Source: an uncultured Gemmatimonadales bacterium
GTDB lineage: Bacteria > Gemmatimonadota > Gemmatimonadetes > Gemmatimonadales > Gemmatimonadaceae
Assembly: GCA_963793305.1 (NCBI GenBank)
Contig: CAWBZV010000005.1
Location: 512,001-576,000, forward strand
DNA length: 64,000 nucleotides
Direction: 5' to 3'
This document shows, one piece after another, positions 20,655 to 30,464 of this stretch. The position numbers were made by a program, and so were the translations under genes. Positions within the stretch are counted from its first letter, which is position 1. Every line of letters starts with the position of its first letter. The notes under the pieces were generated by a model that was not told where the DNA came from, made no database searches, and saw only the letters and a list, made by a program, of their open reading frames with translations.

Positions 20655-22912
20655 ACCGGACAGTCGGCGTGTTCTTCGGTGCACTCGTGCTGCTGGCCGC
20701 GAGAACGACGGATCCGCGGCCCTTGGTGGGGTACTCGTCGTCGGCCGCGGGTGTCGAGCGAGACTGGGAGTTTCGCTTCCAGGCGTTGCCATTGCCAGAT
20801 CGGTTGCGCGATGCCATGCGGCGGCTCAGCGCTCGCCCGCATCATGTGGGATCGCCGTATGATCGCGACAATGCGGAGTGGTTGCAGGCGCAGTTTCGAT
20901 CATTCGGGTGGGACGCGCACATCGAGACGTTCACGGTGCTGTACCCGACTCCGAAAGAGCGCGTGGTCGAGCTGGTGGCGCCGACCCACTTCGTGGCGGC
21001 TCTCCGGGAGTCACCCATCGCCGGCGATCCGACGAGCGTGCAGGCGAGCGAGCAACTGCCGACGTACAACGCGTATGCCGCCGATGGCGACGTGACGGCA
21101 CCGCTCGTCTACGTGAACTACGGCATGCCGGCTGATTATGAGGAGCTGGCCCGACACGGGGTGTCGGTCAAAGGGGCGATCGTGATCGCGCGGTACTGGG
21201 GCGGGTGGCGCGGGACGAAACCCAAGGTCGCGGCGCAGCACGGGGCCCTGGGGTGCTTGATCTACTCGGATCCGGCCGATGACGGCTACGCGACGGGCGT
21301 CGTGTACCCGGCGGGGCCGAAGCGTCCGCGCGATGCGGTGCAGCGGGGCAGTGTGATCGATCTGGCAGTCGAGCCGGGGGATCCGTTGACGCCCGACGTT
21401 GGCGCCACGGCCGACGCGAAGCGGCTGCCTATCTCCGAAGCGAAGACGATCATGCCGATTCCCGTCTTGCCGCTTTCGTCCGCCGATGCGGAGCCGCTCT
21501 TGGCCGCGCTCGGCGGCAGCGTCGCGCCAGACGGTTGGCGGGGTGCCCTGCCCATCACGTATCGCATTGGGCCGGGGTCGGCGCGGGTGCACTTCCGCTT
21601 GCGATCGAACTGGACGATGACGCCGATCTACGACGTTGTCGCGCGGCTCGAGGGATCGACGGCGAGCGACGAGTGGGTGATTCGGGGCAACCACCATGAT
21701 GCGTGGGTGAACGGGGCGGGTGATCCGATCTCGGGTCTGGTCGCCGAGCTCGAGGAAGCGCGGGCGCTCGGGTTGCTCGTGGCCCAGGGTTGGAAGCCGC
21801 GCCGCACACTCATTTATTGCGCGTGGGACGGAGAGGAAGCGGGGTTGTTCGGGTCGACGGAGTGGGTCGAGGCCCATGCCGATGAGCTGCGAGCGCACGC
21901 GGTGGCGTATCTCAACTCCGACAACACCGACGTTGGGTATTTGTCGCTCTTGGGGTCTCCCGTGCTCGGGGCTTTGCTCGACGACGTGGCGCGTGAGATC
22001 ACCGACCCGGAGACGCACGGGACGCTGTGGCGGCGGATGCAGGCGCTCGTTGTGCGCACGGGCACGCCGGAGCAGCGGGCCGACGCGCGGACCCGCGGCC
22101 AGCTGCGCATGGACGCGCCGGGCTCGGGGTCGGATTTTTCCCCCTTCGTGCATCATCTGGGGATTCCGGCTGCGCATATCGCGTTTGGGGGGGAAGGGGA
22201 CATCTTTGGGGTCTATCACTCGATCTACGATGATTTCGCGTTCTATACGCGATTCGACGATACGAGCTTCGCCTATGGGCGGGCGTTGGCGCAGACGATC
22301 GGCACGGCGAGTATGCGGCTCGCGGACGCGGAGCTCATTCCGTACGATTTCAGCGGTCTCGCGGAGACCAGCCAGCATTGGGTCAACGAGCTTACTGGGC
22401 TGGCAGAGGCGGAGGCGGGCTCGATCGCTGAGCAGAATCGGGAGATTCGGGATAGTGTGTTCGTGTTGACGGCGGATCCGCGGGAGACGTTCGTGCCGCC
22501 GGACACGGTGGCCGCGCCGCCGCATTTGAGCTTCGCGCCGCTCGAGAACAGCGCGGACGCGCTGACGCGCGCGGCTACGGCGTACGATTCGGTGCGCGCG
22601 TCGCTGGCTCAAGGCGACGGGAGCCGGCTCGACTCACCGGGCGTCAAGGCGGTGAACGCGATCATCATTCAGAGCGAGCGGGCGCTGACGTTGCCGGACG
22701 GGCTGCGCGGGCGGCCGTGGTACAAGCATCTCTTGTACGCTCCCGGTTTATACACGGGATATGCAGTGAAGACGGTGCCCGGCGTCCGGGAGGCGATCGA
22801 GCAGAAGCAGTGGACGGAGGCGGACGCCGAGATTGTTCGGGTTGCGGCGGCGCTCGATGCGGAGGCCACACTAATACGCCGGGCGACGGCGGAGTTGGCG
22901 GCGGTGCGGTGA
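20651..22912 (+). CDS. M28 glutamate carboxypeptidase II-like peptidase (PA and TfR-dimer domains)
   Basis: GNHHDAWV, WDGEEAGLFGSTEW, GSGSDF, YHSIYD, RPWYKHLLYAPG. Confidence 0.92.
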   Translation: MNRTVGVFFGALVLLAARTTDPRPLVGYSSSAAGVERDWEFRFQALPLPDRLRDAMRRLSARPHHVGSPYDRDNAEWLQAQFRSFGWDAHIETFTVLYPTPKERVVELVAPTHFVAALRESPIAGDPTSVQASEQLPTYNAYAADGDVTAPLVYVNYGMPADYEELARHGVSVKGAIVIARYWGGWRGTKPKVAAQHGALGCLIYSDPADDGYATGVVYPAGPKRPRDAVQRGSVIDLAVEPGDPLTPDVGATADAKRLPISEAKTIMPIPVLPLSSADAEPLLAALGGSVAPDGWRGALPITYRIGPGSARVHFRLRSNWTMTPIYDVVARLEGSTASDEWVIRGNHHDAWVNGAGDPISGLVAELEEARALGLLVAQGWKPRRTLIYCAWDGEEAGLFGSTEWVEAHADELRAHAVAYLNSDNTDVGYLSLLGSPVLGALLDDVAREITDPETHGTLWRRMQALVVRTGTPEQRADARTRGQLRMDAPGSGSDFSPFVHHLGIPAAHIAFGGEGDIFGVYHSIYDDFAFYTRFDDTSFAYGRALAQTIGTASMRLADAELIPYDFSGLAETSQHWVNELTGLAEAEAGSIAEQNREIRDSVFVLTADPRETFVPPDTVAAPPHLSFAPLENSADALTRAATAYDSVRASLAQGDGSRLDSPGVKAVNAIIIQSERALTLPDGLRGRPWYKHLLYAPGLYTGYAVKTVPGVREAIEQKQWTEADAEIVRVAAALDAEATLIRRATAELAAVR

Positions 22913-22967
22913 CGGGTGCATAGGGGTCGAGTCGGCGGTCGTCGGATCCCGTTTTGCGAGAGTCTGC

Positions 22968-22985
22968 GTTGCGTCTGTTCAAGAC
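22968..22985 (+). promoter_or_regulatory. Motif copy 8 (GTTGCGTCTGTTCAAGAC)
   Basis: ATG of a BlaI remnant 31 bp downstream. Confidence 0.7.
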
Positions 22986-23016
22986 ATTGGCGGCTCCTCG
23001 ACGACCTTACGGTCGT

Positions 23017-23157
23017 ATGCCGCAATTGCGCGCGCGCGCGGGCACCGTCCTTCGCCTGCCGACGGCAGCTGAGCACCATGTGCTCCGGGTCTTGTGGACG
23101 TACGGTCTCCGCACGCCGTCCACGGTACCGTCAACCCCCACGTATACTGGGACATGA
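23017..23157 (+). pseudogene. BlaI/MecI/CopY repressor N-terminal remnant
   Basis: RLPTAAEHHVLRVLWTY matches RLPTAAELAILRGLWTF of the intact gene at 54751-55194. Confidence 0.65.
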
Positions 23158-24008
23158 TTGCACTCCATCTCTTAATGATCTTGGCCCAGGCCCAGGCGCC
23201 AGACTCGCTCCTCACGACCGTGCGCGGGCTCAGTCGCGTTATCCCTGGCGAATTGCCGACCGCGGTGAGTTACCTGAGCGCCTACGAAGACTCCCTGGTC
23301 ATCGGGAGTGCGGTCGACGGCGCGGGATCATCCAATGTCTTCATGGTCACGGGCGTCTTCCAAGTGCGATTCAAGCACGGCTGGATCATGGTCGACGCCG
23401 CCATGGACTCATCGACCCAACATCAGATCCGCTCGTTCAAGGCCGACAACTTCGCGAGGATCGAGACGGCGCTCGAGAAGGCGAACTTGATCGTCATCAC
23501 GCACGAGCACGCGGACCATGTTCAGCCGTTGGTCAAGTCGCCGATCGCTGACCAAGTCGCGCCGCATACATTGCTCACCAGGGAGCAAGTCCAGACTCTG
23601 GTCACGAAGCCCGAAGTCGCGTTCACCTCAATGGACTCATCGCAGGTGGGCCGGTACATTGTCGTCGCTTACGACCGGGCGCTGCCGATCGCGCCCGGGG
23701 TTGTGCTGATCAAGGCGGCCGGGCACACACCGGGATCGCAGATGGTCTATGTGAAGCTCGCGTCGGGGCGAGAAATGATCCTCGCTGGCGACGTCGCGTG
23801 GTTCGTGCTCGGCATCGATACGCAACGCCAGAAGCCCGACTCGACGAGCCGGTTCATGGGCGAGGATCGTACGGCCCTCGGCAAGGAACTCGCCTGGCTC
23901 AAGGACGTGCGAGCGCAAGGGGTCACGGTCGTGGTGAGTCACGACGGGAGCCAGCTCAAGTCGCTCGCCAAGAAGGGTGTGCTCAGCGAGGGACTGGTAG
24001 TCCAGTAA
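23154..24008 (+). CDS. Secreted MBL-fold metallo-hydrolase
   Basis: THEHADH, GHTPGSQ, LAGD, SHD; TATACT 5 bp upstream of the ATG. Confidence 0.85.
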   Translation: MIALHLLMILAQAQAPDSLLTTVRGLSRVIPGELPTAVSYLSAYEDSLVIGSAVDGAGSSNVFMVTGVFQVRFKHGWIMVDAAMDSSTQHQIRSFKADNFARIETALEKANLIVITHEHADHVQPLVKSPIADQVAPHTLLTREQVQTLVTKPEVAFTSMDSSQVGRYIVVAYDRALPIAPGVVLIKAAGHTPGSQMVYVKLASGREMILAGDVAWFVLGIDTQRQKPDSTSRFMGEDRTALGKELAWLKDVRAQGVTVVVSHDGSQLKSLAKKGVLSEGLVVQ

Positions 24009-24260
24009 GGCGGATCGCGGAACCGACGCTTTTACCGCCGCGGAACGCGAGGTAGGCTCAGAGCACGTCGTGATTGGCAACGGTCACGGTCGTGCCGCTC
24101 CGGCGAGGCAGATGGGGGCAGGGGTGGCGCTCCCCGGCGAATGGGGGTCGAGGTTCGGGTCTGGATCCGAGCGGTCGCATACTCCTGTTTTCCCGTACAA
24201 TTGGGGCCAGTTTGTTCGGAATTGGCAGCGGGAGCTCAGGCTCGACGACATGTTCGGACT

Positions 24261-25469
24261 ATGACACATCACCATTGGCCAACCCGGCTCGCGGCGGCTT
24301 TACTGTGCGTTGGCTGCAACCAGGCCGCCTATCCACTCACGCAGGATGTCACGATCCCGATTGAGCTGGCGAACAACAACGTGTATCTCAAAGTGCGCGT
24401 CGACGACTCGCCACCGGTGTGGTTTCTGCTCGATACTGGTGACAAGTACGCTCTCGTCGACCTGGCCATGGCGCAATCACTCGGCGTGGCGCTCACGGGC
24501 GACATCGATATCCACGGCGGAAGCGGCGGCAGCGTACCCGGCCGGTTCGTCGGCGGTAGCCGGTTCTCGCTGGTCGGATTGGACGGATTTTCTCAGCCGC
24601 TCTTTCTCGCCCTGCCGCTCGGGGACCTCGCCAAAGCCACCGGACACGAACTCGATGGCATTCTCGGATACAATTTCTTGAGTCAATTCATCGTCGAGGT
24701 CGACTACGTCGCCCGCACCGTGACACTGCACGACCGCAATCGGTTTCAGTACCATGGCTCTGGCGAGATCATCCCGATCACATTCGACGCGTCCGACAAT
24801 CCGCGCGTGCACGCTCGCGTCACGATCGCCGGGCATGAGCCGATCAATGGAACGTTCTTCCTTGACATGGGTGCCTCCGACGCCTTGCTGTTGGATGCGC
24901 CGTTGCTGGATCGGGCGCGCCTGTTGCCGCTCGCGACGCCGAGCATCTCGCGGCCCCGCCCGACGAGCGTTGGTGGTGCCGTCGGCGCGTTCGCGATCGG
25001 GCGCATCGAGGCGCTCACGCTTGGGACGAGCGTCATCCAGAGACCCGTCGTGGCGTTCGCGGAGACAACCGGTGGGCACCCTCCGTCGCATGGGGCCAAT
25101 GGAACGATCGGCGGTGAGGTGCTCCGACGATTTCACGTGTTCCTCGATTACGGCCGCAAGCGACTGATCCTCGAGCCCAATGTGCGCCTGGGCGATCCCA
25201 TCGAGCTCGGCATGAGCGGGCTGCAGCTGACCGCTCTGGGGCACGACTATCGAACGTTGACCGTCGATACGGTTTTTGCGCGCTCACCCGCCTCCGAGGC
25301 CGACATCCAAAAGGGGGATTCGGTCATTGCCATCGATGGCCGTGGCGCCGGTGAGTACACGCTCTCGGAGATTCGCGATCTCTTCCGGCGCGAAGGGTCA
25401 CACAATATGACCCTCGCCCGTGGCCAGAGACGACTTACCGTCACGCTTGCGTTGCGTCGGCTCATTTAA
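24261..25469 (+). CDS. Lipoprotein aspartyl protease (two retropepsin-like domains plus PDZ)
   Basis: LLDTG and FLDMG, DGILGYNFL, C-terminal SPASEADIQKGD; lipobox-like CVGC. Confidence 0.85.
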   Translation: MTHHHWPTRLAAALLCVGCNQAAYPLTQDVTIPIELANNNVYLKVRVDDSPPVWFLLDTGDKYALVDLAMAQSLGVALTGDIDIHGGSGGSVPGRFVGGSRFSLVGLDGFSQPLFLALPLGDLAKATGHELDGILGYNFLSQFIVEVDYVARTVTLHDRNRFQYHGSGEIIPITFDASDNPRVHARVTIAGHEPINGTFFLDMGASDALLLDAPLLDRARLLPLATPSISRPRPTSVGGAVGAFAIGRIEALTLGTSVIQRPVVAFAETTGGHPPSHGANGTIGGEVLRRFHVFLDYGRKRLILEPNVRLGDPIELGMSGLQLTALGHDYRTLTVDTVFARSPASEADIQKGDSVIAIDGRGAGEYTLSEIRDLFRREGSHNMTLARGQRRLTVTLALRRLI

Positions 25470-25479
25470 ATGTCGTCGG

Positions 25480-25560
25480 CGCAGAGGAGCCGTCGGCGCG
25501 CACGATGAAGAGGTCTCGTGTGGAGCCCGCTTTGCTCGTGAAGACGAGCTGGGAATCGTC
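25480..25560. repeat. 81-bp direct repeat, copy 1 (TolB/PD40 gene fragment)
   Basis: 4 mismatches and 1 indel versus 26500-26581; - strand reads DDSQLVFTSKAGSTRDLFIVRADGSS. Confidence 0.85.
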
Positions 25561-25607
25561 AGGCAGGCGCACACCGGGGTGACCGAGAGGGCGGAGTCTA
25601 GGGGTTC

Positions 25608-26249
25608 CTAAGGGTTCTTCTTGATCCCGAGGATTATGCCGTTAAGTGCCTGAGCATATATGCTGACATTGTCGTTGCCCGGGAACGTGACTTCCGTAAC
25701 CACCATGAACGTTCGGAGCTCGCAGAAGCCGCCGGCGGTCCAGGCCGGGACGGTTGTGTAGCGCAGCGTTGGTGAGTTGGTGCACTGACGGGGGATGGAG
25801 TTCGCTTCGAAGTAATCAGCCGAGTCGGTTGCGAGCAACGTAGCTGTGGTATCGTAGAGACGCTCCCTCAGGCCTGGACTCACGAGTATCCCCGAACTCA
25901 CATTCGAATCACTGAACGTCATCAACGTGAACGATCGGGCCGTGATGGCGCCCTGTGCATCCAACGAATCGATCTCGAGAATGAATCCTTGCGACGTATC
26001 CACTCGCATGCCGTCTTGGATCGCCAAGGGAGAGGGTGCGGCGCCAAACGCCGGCGGGAGTGCGAAGTTCGTCAGAAACGTGCATCGCGCTGCTTGGTTG
26101 CTGTTGTTACATGCTGATCCCAGGAGCTGGTCGAAGTGGACGGCTTCGAGGGCGAGTGTAGCCTTGGGTTCAGAAATCCCGGTATCGCTGCCGCAGGCGA
26201 TTGCGGCGGCAACCAGTGACACCCAGGCGGCGATACGAGCACCGTTCAT
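25608..26249 (-). CDS. Hypothetical lipoprotein
   Basis: GGGGAGG RBS, lipobox AAIAC, visibly lower GC than its flanks. Confidence 0.75.
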   Translation of the reverse strand: MNGARIAAWVSLVAAAIACGSDTGISEPKATLALEAVHFDQLLGSACNNSNQAARCTFLTNFALPPAFGAAPSPLAIQDGMRVDTSQGFILEIDSLDAQGAITARSFTLMTFSDSNVSSGILVSPGLRERLYDTTATLLATDSADYFEANSIPRQCTNSPTLRYTTVPAWTAGGFCELRTFMVVTEVTFPGNDNVSIYAQALNGIILGIKKNP

Positions 26250-26356
26250 AACACCGAACCTCCCCTAGGGGAACGGTTCTTTAACTCAGGTCGTTCGGTC
26301 GCGGTTCAACTGTCCCGACGATACCCCATCATATGGTATGGCGTGGAAGTATTGCC

Positions 26357-26374
26357 GTCTTGAACGAACGCAAC
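26357..26374 (-). promoter_or_regulatory. Motif copy 9 (GTTGCGTTCGTTCAAGAC)
   Basis: 18-bp spacer then TACCAT. Confidence 0.75.
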
Positions 26375-26479
26375 TCGGCGCGTGGTTAACCGACCTTGGG
26401 CACGGTGGGTTGCCTCTCTTCGCTGACCGGCAACTTCAAGTCGCGTCCGAGCGCCTCGTCGGGGCCCAGGGAGTTTCAT

Positions 26480-26722
26480 GAGTGCGAACCGATGCGATGC
26501 GCGGAGGAGCCGTCGGCGCGCACGATGAAGGAGGTCTCGTGTGGCGCCCGCTTTGCTCGTCAAGACGAGCTGAGAATCGTCCGGAGTCCACGCCGGAAGG
26601 CCCATGCTCTCCTTGGTGTGCGTCAATTGCACCGGGTTCGTGCCGTCGGCCCCCCATAATATAAATGTCCGATCCGAGGCGAACGCGATTGTTTTGTTGT
26701 CATGGAACCAGGCCGGCGTATG
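26480..26722 (-). pseudogene. TolB/PD40-repeat protein fragment (includes repeat copy 2, 26500-26581)
   Basis: PAWFHDNKTIAFASDR...ADGTNPVQLT...PAWTPDDSQLVLTS; no start codon. Confidence 0.7.
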
Positions 26723-26738
26723 AGATCGCCGCCGCGGC

Positions 26739-28241
26739 CTATGGGGCGGCCGCGATCCGGGCGTTGATCTCGTCGGACACTTTCTTCCAGTCGGTCGGCG
26801 GGAGGTGGCTGCCGACAATGGTGTCGACGGTGAGGCCGTTCTGCGCGATCAGGGCGGCGAGCTCGCTTTCGCCCTGCGTGGCAAAATTGACTTCACCACC
26901 GGGTGAGTAGAGATCGCTTACCCAGAGCACATGTCGATCGGGGAGGTAGGAGACGACTATACGGCGACCGTAGTCGGCCCCAGGGACGTTGACCGGGTAC
27001 AACTCGATGCGATTGGGTCCGTCGCCGAGCGTGAGCTTGGAAGCGACCGGGTGGAGCACCAGGCGCCGGCCGCTCTTGGCGAGCGAATCGGGGTGCGAAA
27101 TGTGCCGGGCACTCGTGACCGCGCGCAGGATGCGCTCGTTGCGGGCGTTGGCATAGACGGGTATCCCGCGGCCGACGTATTCGCGGACGCCGCCGAAGTG
27201 CGCCCACATGAAATCCGTCACCACCAGCGACTTGACGGACACGTCCGGGTACCGTCGTTTGATCTCGTCGAGAACGCAGGCGCTGTACGCGCTGGCGTAG
27301 GGACTGTCGATCACGACCACGCCGGTAGGCTGGCGGACGATCATGGTCGACCATCGTCCTGGGACCCAGGTGACGCCATCCGCCAAATCGATCGGCTTGC
27401 CGCGTCCGTTGCCCAGGATCATGGGCGGTGACGCGACGAACTTGGCGCGCACGGAATCGGGAATGGCGAACGAGTCGGCGGGGGCGGCGGGATGGAGATC
27501 GATGCGGAAGATGCTCACGCGTTGGGTGGGCACCCCGTTGCGATCAGTGGTCCAGGTGCGCGGATACCGGACGCCGCCGGGCTCGCGCGACCACGACGAG
27601 TACCAGGTACGGGTGTGCACGTCTCCCCACTGGGCCCAATCCGGGTCAGCATCGTCCTCCCCGAACGTATCGACGAGCGTGGGGAGGTGGGTCACCGCGC
27701 TCAGATACACGCGCGTCGCGCCACCCTGGATGGCGACCACGTGTTGCGGCACGTCTTGAATGGTCGTGTCTCCCGCCGCCGTGAGGTCGGGCGCGTCGGC
27801 CAGCGTCAACAGGAGGCGCTCGATCCCGTGACGGAGATCATCACGGCGCTGTCGCACGTAGAAGTCTGGCGCGGGGCCCAGGGGCGCGGTGTTGTTGCCT
27901 CTGCTGAACGCGATCGCCCCGACGGAATCCGTCATGATGTAAGTGATCGCGAAAGGGTCATTGGACAAGGGCGCCGCCTCCAAGAATGTTCGGCGCTCGC
28001 GAAGACCCACCAGATCGCGGAGGTCATCGAAGGTCTGCAAGTCCAGCCGTGGGTGGTCGATGTCGGGTGAGAATCCGATGCCGAATGTCTCGGTGGCCCC
28101 GCGGATCCGAACGACGGAGAGTCCGCGTAGGGCGGCTTCGCCGCCGGATGCCGCGATGGCGTCGGCCACCCACAGGCGCGCGTCCGCGGACGGTGTCGGC
28201 GCGGAGGCGACTGTCAGCGCGGCAAGGAGTATGGCGATCAT
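26739..28241 (-). CDS. Secreted protein with C-terminal degenerate MBL-like fold
   Basis: Signal peptide; WGDV..RTWYSSW; GVVVIDSP; VVTDFMWAHFGGVREYV; paralog at 45093-46533. Confidence 0.7.
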   Translation of the reverse strand: MIAILLAALTVASAPTPSADARLWVADAIAASGGEAALRGLSVVRIRGATETFGIGFSPDIDHPRLDLQTFDDLRDLVGLRERRTFLEAAPLSNDPFAITYIMTDSVGAIAFSRGNNTAPLGPAPDFYVRQRRDDLRHGIERLLLTLADAPDLTAAGDTTIQDVPQHVVAIQGGATRVYLSAVTHLPTLVDTFGEDDADPDWAQWGDVHTRTWYSSWSREPGGVRYPRTWTTDRNGVPTQRVSIFRIDLHPAAPADSFAIPDSVRAKFVASPPMILGNGRGKPIDLADGVTWVPGRWSTMIVRQPTGVVVIDSPYASAYSACVLDEIKRRYPDVSVKSLVVTDFMWAHFGGVREYVGRGIPVYANARNERILRAVTSARHISHPDSLAKSGRRLVLHPVASKLTLGDGPNRIELYPVNVPGADYGRRIVVSYLPDRHVLWVSDLYSPGGEVNFATQGESELAALIAQNGLTVDTIVGSHLPPTDWKKVSDEINARIAAAP

Positions 28242-28282
28242 GGGACCACGATGCGCAGCTGCGCCCATCGCCGCTCGTCCGG

Positions 28283-28336
28283 TGCGGGGAACGACCAATC
28301 GGGGTCGCGAACGGCCGCGCGCTCGCGGCCAGTGGC
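28283..28336 (-). promoter_or_regulatory. Putative LytTR direct repeats (20-21-bp period)
   Basis: GCCACTGG / GCCGTTCG / GTCGTTCC between the LytTR stop and the next start. Confidence 0.45.
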
Positions 28337-28339
28337 TGG

Positions 28340-29080
28340 TTAGAGTGGCTGGCCCAGCGCGCGCTCGAACTCGTCGCGGCGGCCGCGGGCGAGGACGACC
28401 TTCGACCCGCCGGTCAACAGCAAGATGTGGCGGCCGTGAAAGTACGACTGCACTTCGACCACCCGGGCGATATTGACGATCGCCGAGCGGTGGACTCGGA
28501 CGAATTGGGTGGCATCGAGTCGTTGCTCGAGGGAGGCGAGGGGCTCGCGTATCCGGAGTCGTTCCTCGCGCACGTGGAGGAGGGACTCGTAGTCGTCGGC
28601 CTCGACCCAGTCGATCGTGTCTACGGCGACAATACGCAGTCCGCGTTCCGTCCGGACGCCGATACGTTTGGCGAGTGGCCGGACGGGGTCGCCGTGTCCG
28701 GCGCGGAGCGCCAATTGTTGTTTGGCCCGGGCCACGCTGTCGAACAGGCGCGCGTCGCTGAACGGTTTGACGAGGTAGTCGACCGCCCGCGCCTCGAACG
28801 CGTCAATGGCGTACTGTGGGTGAGCGCTCACGACCACTGTCACCGGGGAGCAGTCGGAGGGGACGGTCGAGAGGCAGGAGAGCCCGTCCAGGAACGGCAT
28901 CTGGACGTCGAGAAACACGAGGTCCGGTGCATCGAGACGCAGTCGGTCGATCGTTTCCCGGCCGTTCCGGCATTCGCCGACGACGCGGATATCCGGGTCG
29001 GCTTCGATCAGCCGTCGCAGGCCGCGGCGCGCGATGGGCTCGTCGTCGGCGATCAGGGTTCGCCAGGGGCCGTGTCTCAT
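28340..29080 (-). CDS. LytTR-family response regulator
   Basis: IADDEPIARR, FLDVQMP, DYLVKP, FVRVHRSAIVN. Confidence 0.93.
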   Translation of the reverse strand: MRHGPWRTLIADDEPIARRGLRRLIEADPDIRVVGECRNGRETIDRLRLDAPDLVFLDVQMPFLDGLSCLSTVPSDCSPVTVVVSAHPQYAIDAFEARAVDYLVKPFSDARLFDSVARAKQQLALRAGHGDPVRPLAKRIGVRTERGLRIVAVDTIDWVEADDYESLLHVREERLRIREPLASLEQRLDATQFVRVHRSAIVNIARVVEVQSYFHGRHILLLTGGSKVVLARGRRDEFERALGQPL

Positions 29081-30183
29081 GGGCGCGGGCTCGCCGACTG
29101 ATAGGGGAGGTCGAGACGCACGCGTGTCCCCCGGACGGCGAGGGCGGCGATCTCGAGCCGATGATCGTTGGGGTACAGTCCCGCCAATCGCGCGCGCGTG
29201 TTCGTGAGGCCGACGCCTCCGGACGTGTCGGCGCGATCGCTGTCGTATCCTGGCCCATCGTCGACGATATCGATCGTGAGCCGATCCGCCTGGCGGTGGG
29301 CCGACACGCGTACACGGCCACGCCCGTCGGGGTCGCTCATCCCGTGACGCAACGCGTTCTCGACCAGTGGTTGGAGCAGCAACGGTGGCACGGCGGCGTC
29401 GAGTGCGTTGGCATCGGCGTCGATCGTGATCGCCACGGCGTCGTCGAACCGTGTGCGCTCGATGCCGACGTAGCGCTCGAGGAACGAGAGCTCGCGCTCG
29501 AGCGGGATGTGCTCGGTGTCCGTATCATCGACGACGCGGTGCAGGAGCTCGCTCAGGTCCAATACGACGCGGAGGGCCTCGTCGTTGTCGTGCCCGCGAA
29601 TCAGCATGGCGACGGTGTGCAGGGTGTTGAACAGAAAGTGCGGTTGGAGTTGGGCGCGGAGCGCGGCGAGCCTGGCCGAGAGGAGGTGGGTTTCGAGTCG
29701 GGCGGTCCGCTGTTGGTGGTCGACCGCGGAGCCGATCGCGATCACGCTCAGGTAGATGAAGAACTGGAACACCGTTCGCTCGAGCGACCAACCGATGAAG
29801 GAGGCGGCCGTGTCTCGGGTCACCCAACCGATCAGGATATTCTCGCCAAATCGCAGCACATTGAACGCGACCGTGAGCGCGAGCCCGATGGCGATGTGGA
29901 GGCCGAGCGTGCGGCGCCACTGGGGTCCAATGATCGGGAAGCGACGGACGAGGCGGAGCAGGACGGGCGTGAGCGCGACCCAGAACCCCCACGTGGCGAG
30001 CTCGCGCAGCAGGAAGCGAGGCCACCAGGCGAGGTCGTGGTGACCGGCCATGACGAGGTATACGGACGTGAAGAGCGTCGAGGCGCCGGCGACGACGGCC
30101 CAGACGACACCGATGACGAGCCACGAGTGGGGCGTTGCGCGCTCAGTCGCGGTGTATTCACCACGTGTTGACGCTACCGACAT
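29077..30183 (-). CDS. LytS/YehU-family sensor histidine kinase
   Basis: LRAQLQPHFLFNTLH, LQPLVENALRHG, DDGPG, GVGLTNTRARL. Confidence 0.92.
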   Translation of the reverse strand: MSVASTRGEYTATERATPHSWLVIGVVWAVVAGASTLFTSVYLVMAGHHDLAWWPRFLLRELATWGFWVALTPVLLRLVRRFPIIGPQWRRTLGLHIAIGLALTVAFNVLRFGENILIGWVTRDTAASFIGWSLERTVFQFFIYLSVIAIGSAVDHQQRTARLETHLLSARLAALRAQLQPHFLFNTLHTVAMLIRGHDNDEALRVVLDLSELLHRVVDDTDTEHIPLERELSFLERYVGIERTRFDDAVAITIDADANALDAAVPPLLLQPLVENALRHGMSDPDGRGRVRVSAHRQADRLTIDIVDDGPGYDSDRADTSGGVGLTNTRARLAGLYPNDHRLEIAALAVRGTRVRLDLPYQSASPRP

Positions 30184-30270
30184 AGTGCGCGGTCCAGAGG
30201 CATGGGTGCTAATATGCGTTGGCACCAGTCAGCCCGCGTCGTCTCCAGGTGAGCAGGCCGCCTGGCGCAC

Positions 30271-30288
30271 GTTGCGTCCGTTCAAGAC
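30271..30288 (+). promoter_or_regulatory. Motif copy 10 (GTTGCGTCCGTTCAAGAC)
   Basis: 19-bp spacer then AATACT. Confidence 0.75.
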
Positions 30289-30464
30289 TGGCCGAACATA
30301 CGTCGCCAATACTCAACTATACCGAAAACAGGGTCAAGCGCCGCGGTTGCGGTGACAGGCGACCTGCCGGGCGGGACGGCCACAACCATGGATAGGATGA
30401 GATCCTCACGCACTACGCGAAAGCGATCGTGCGCTCGTGTGACACCCTGGAGGAGGATGGTGCC

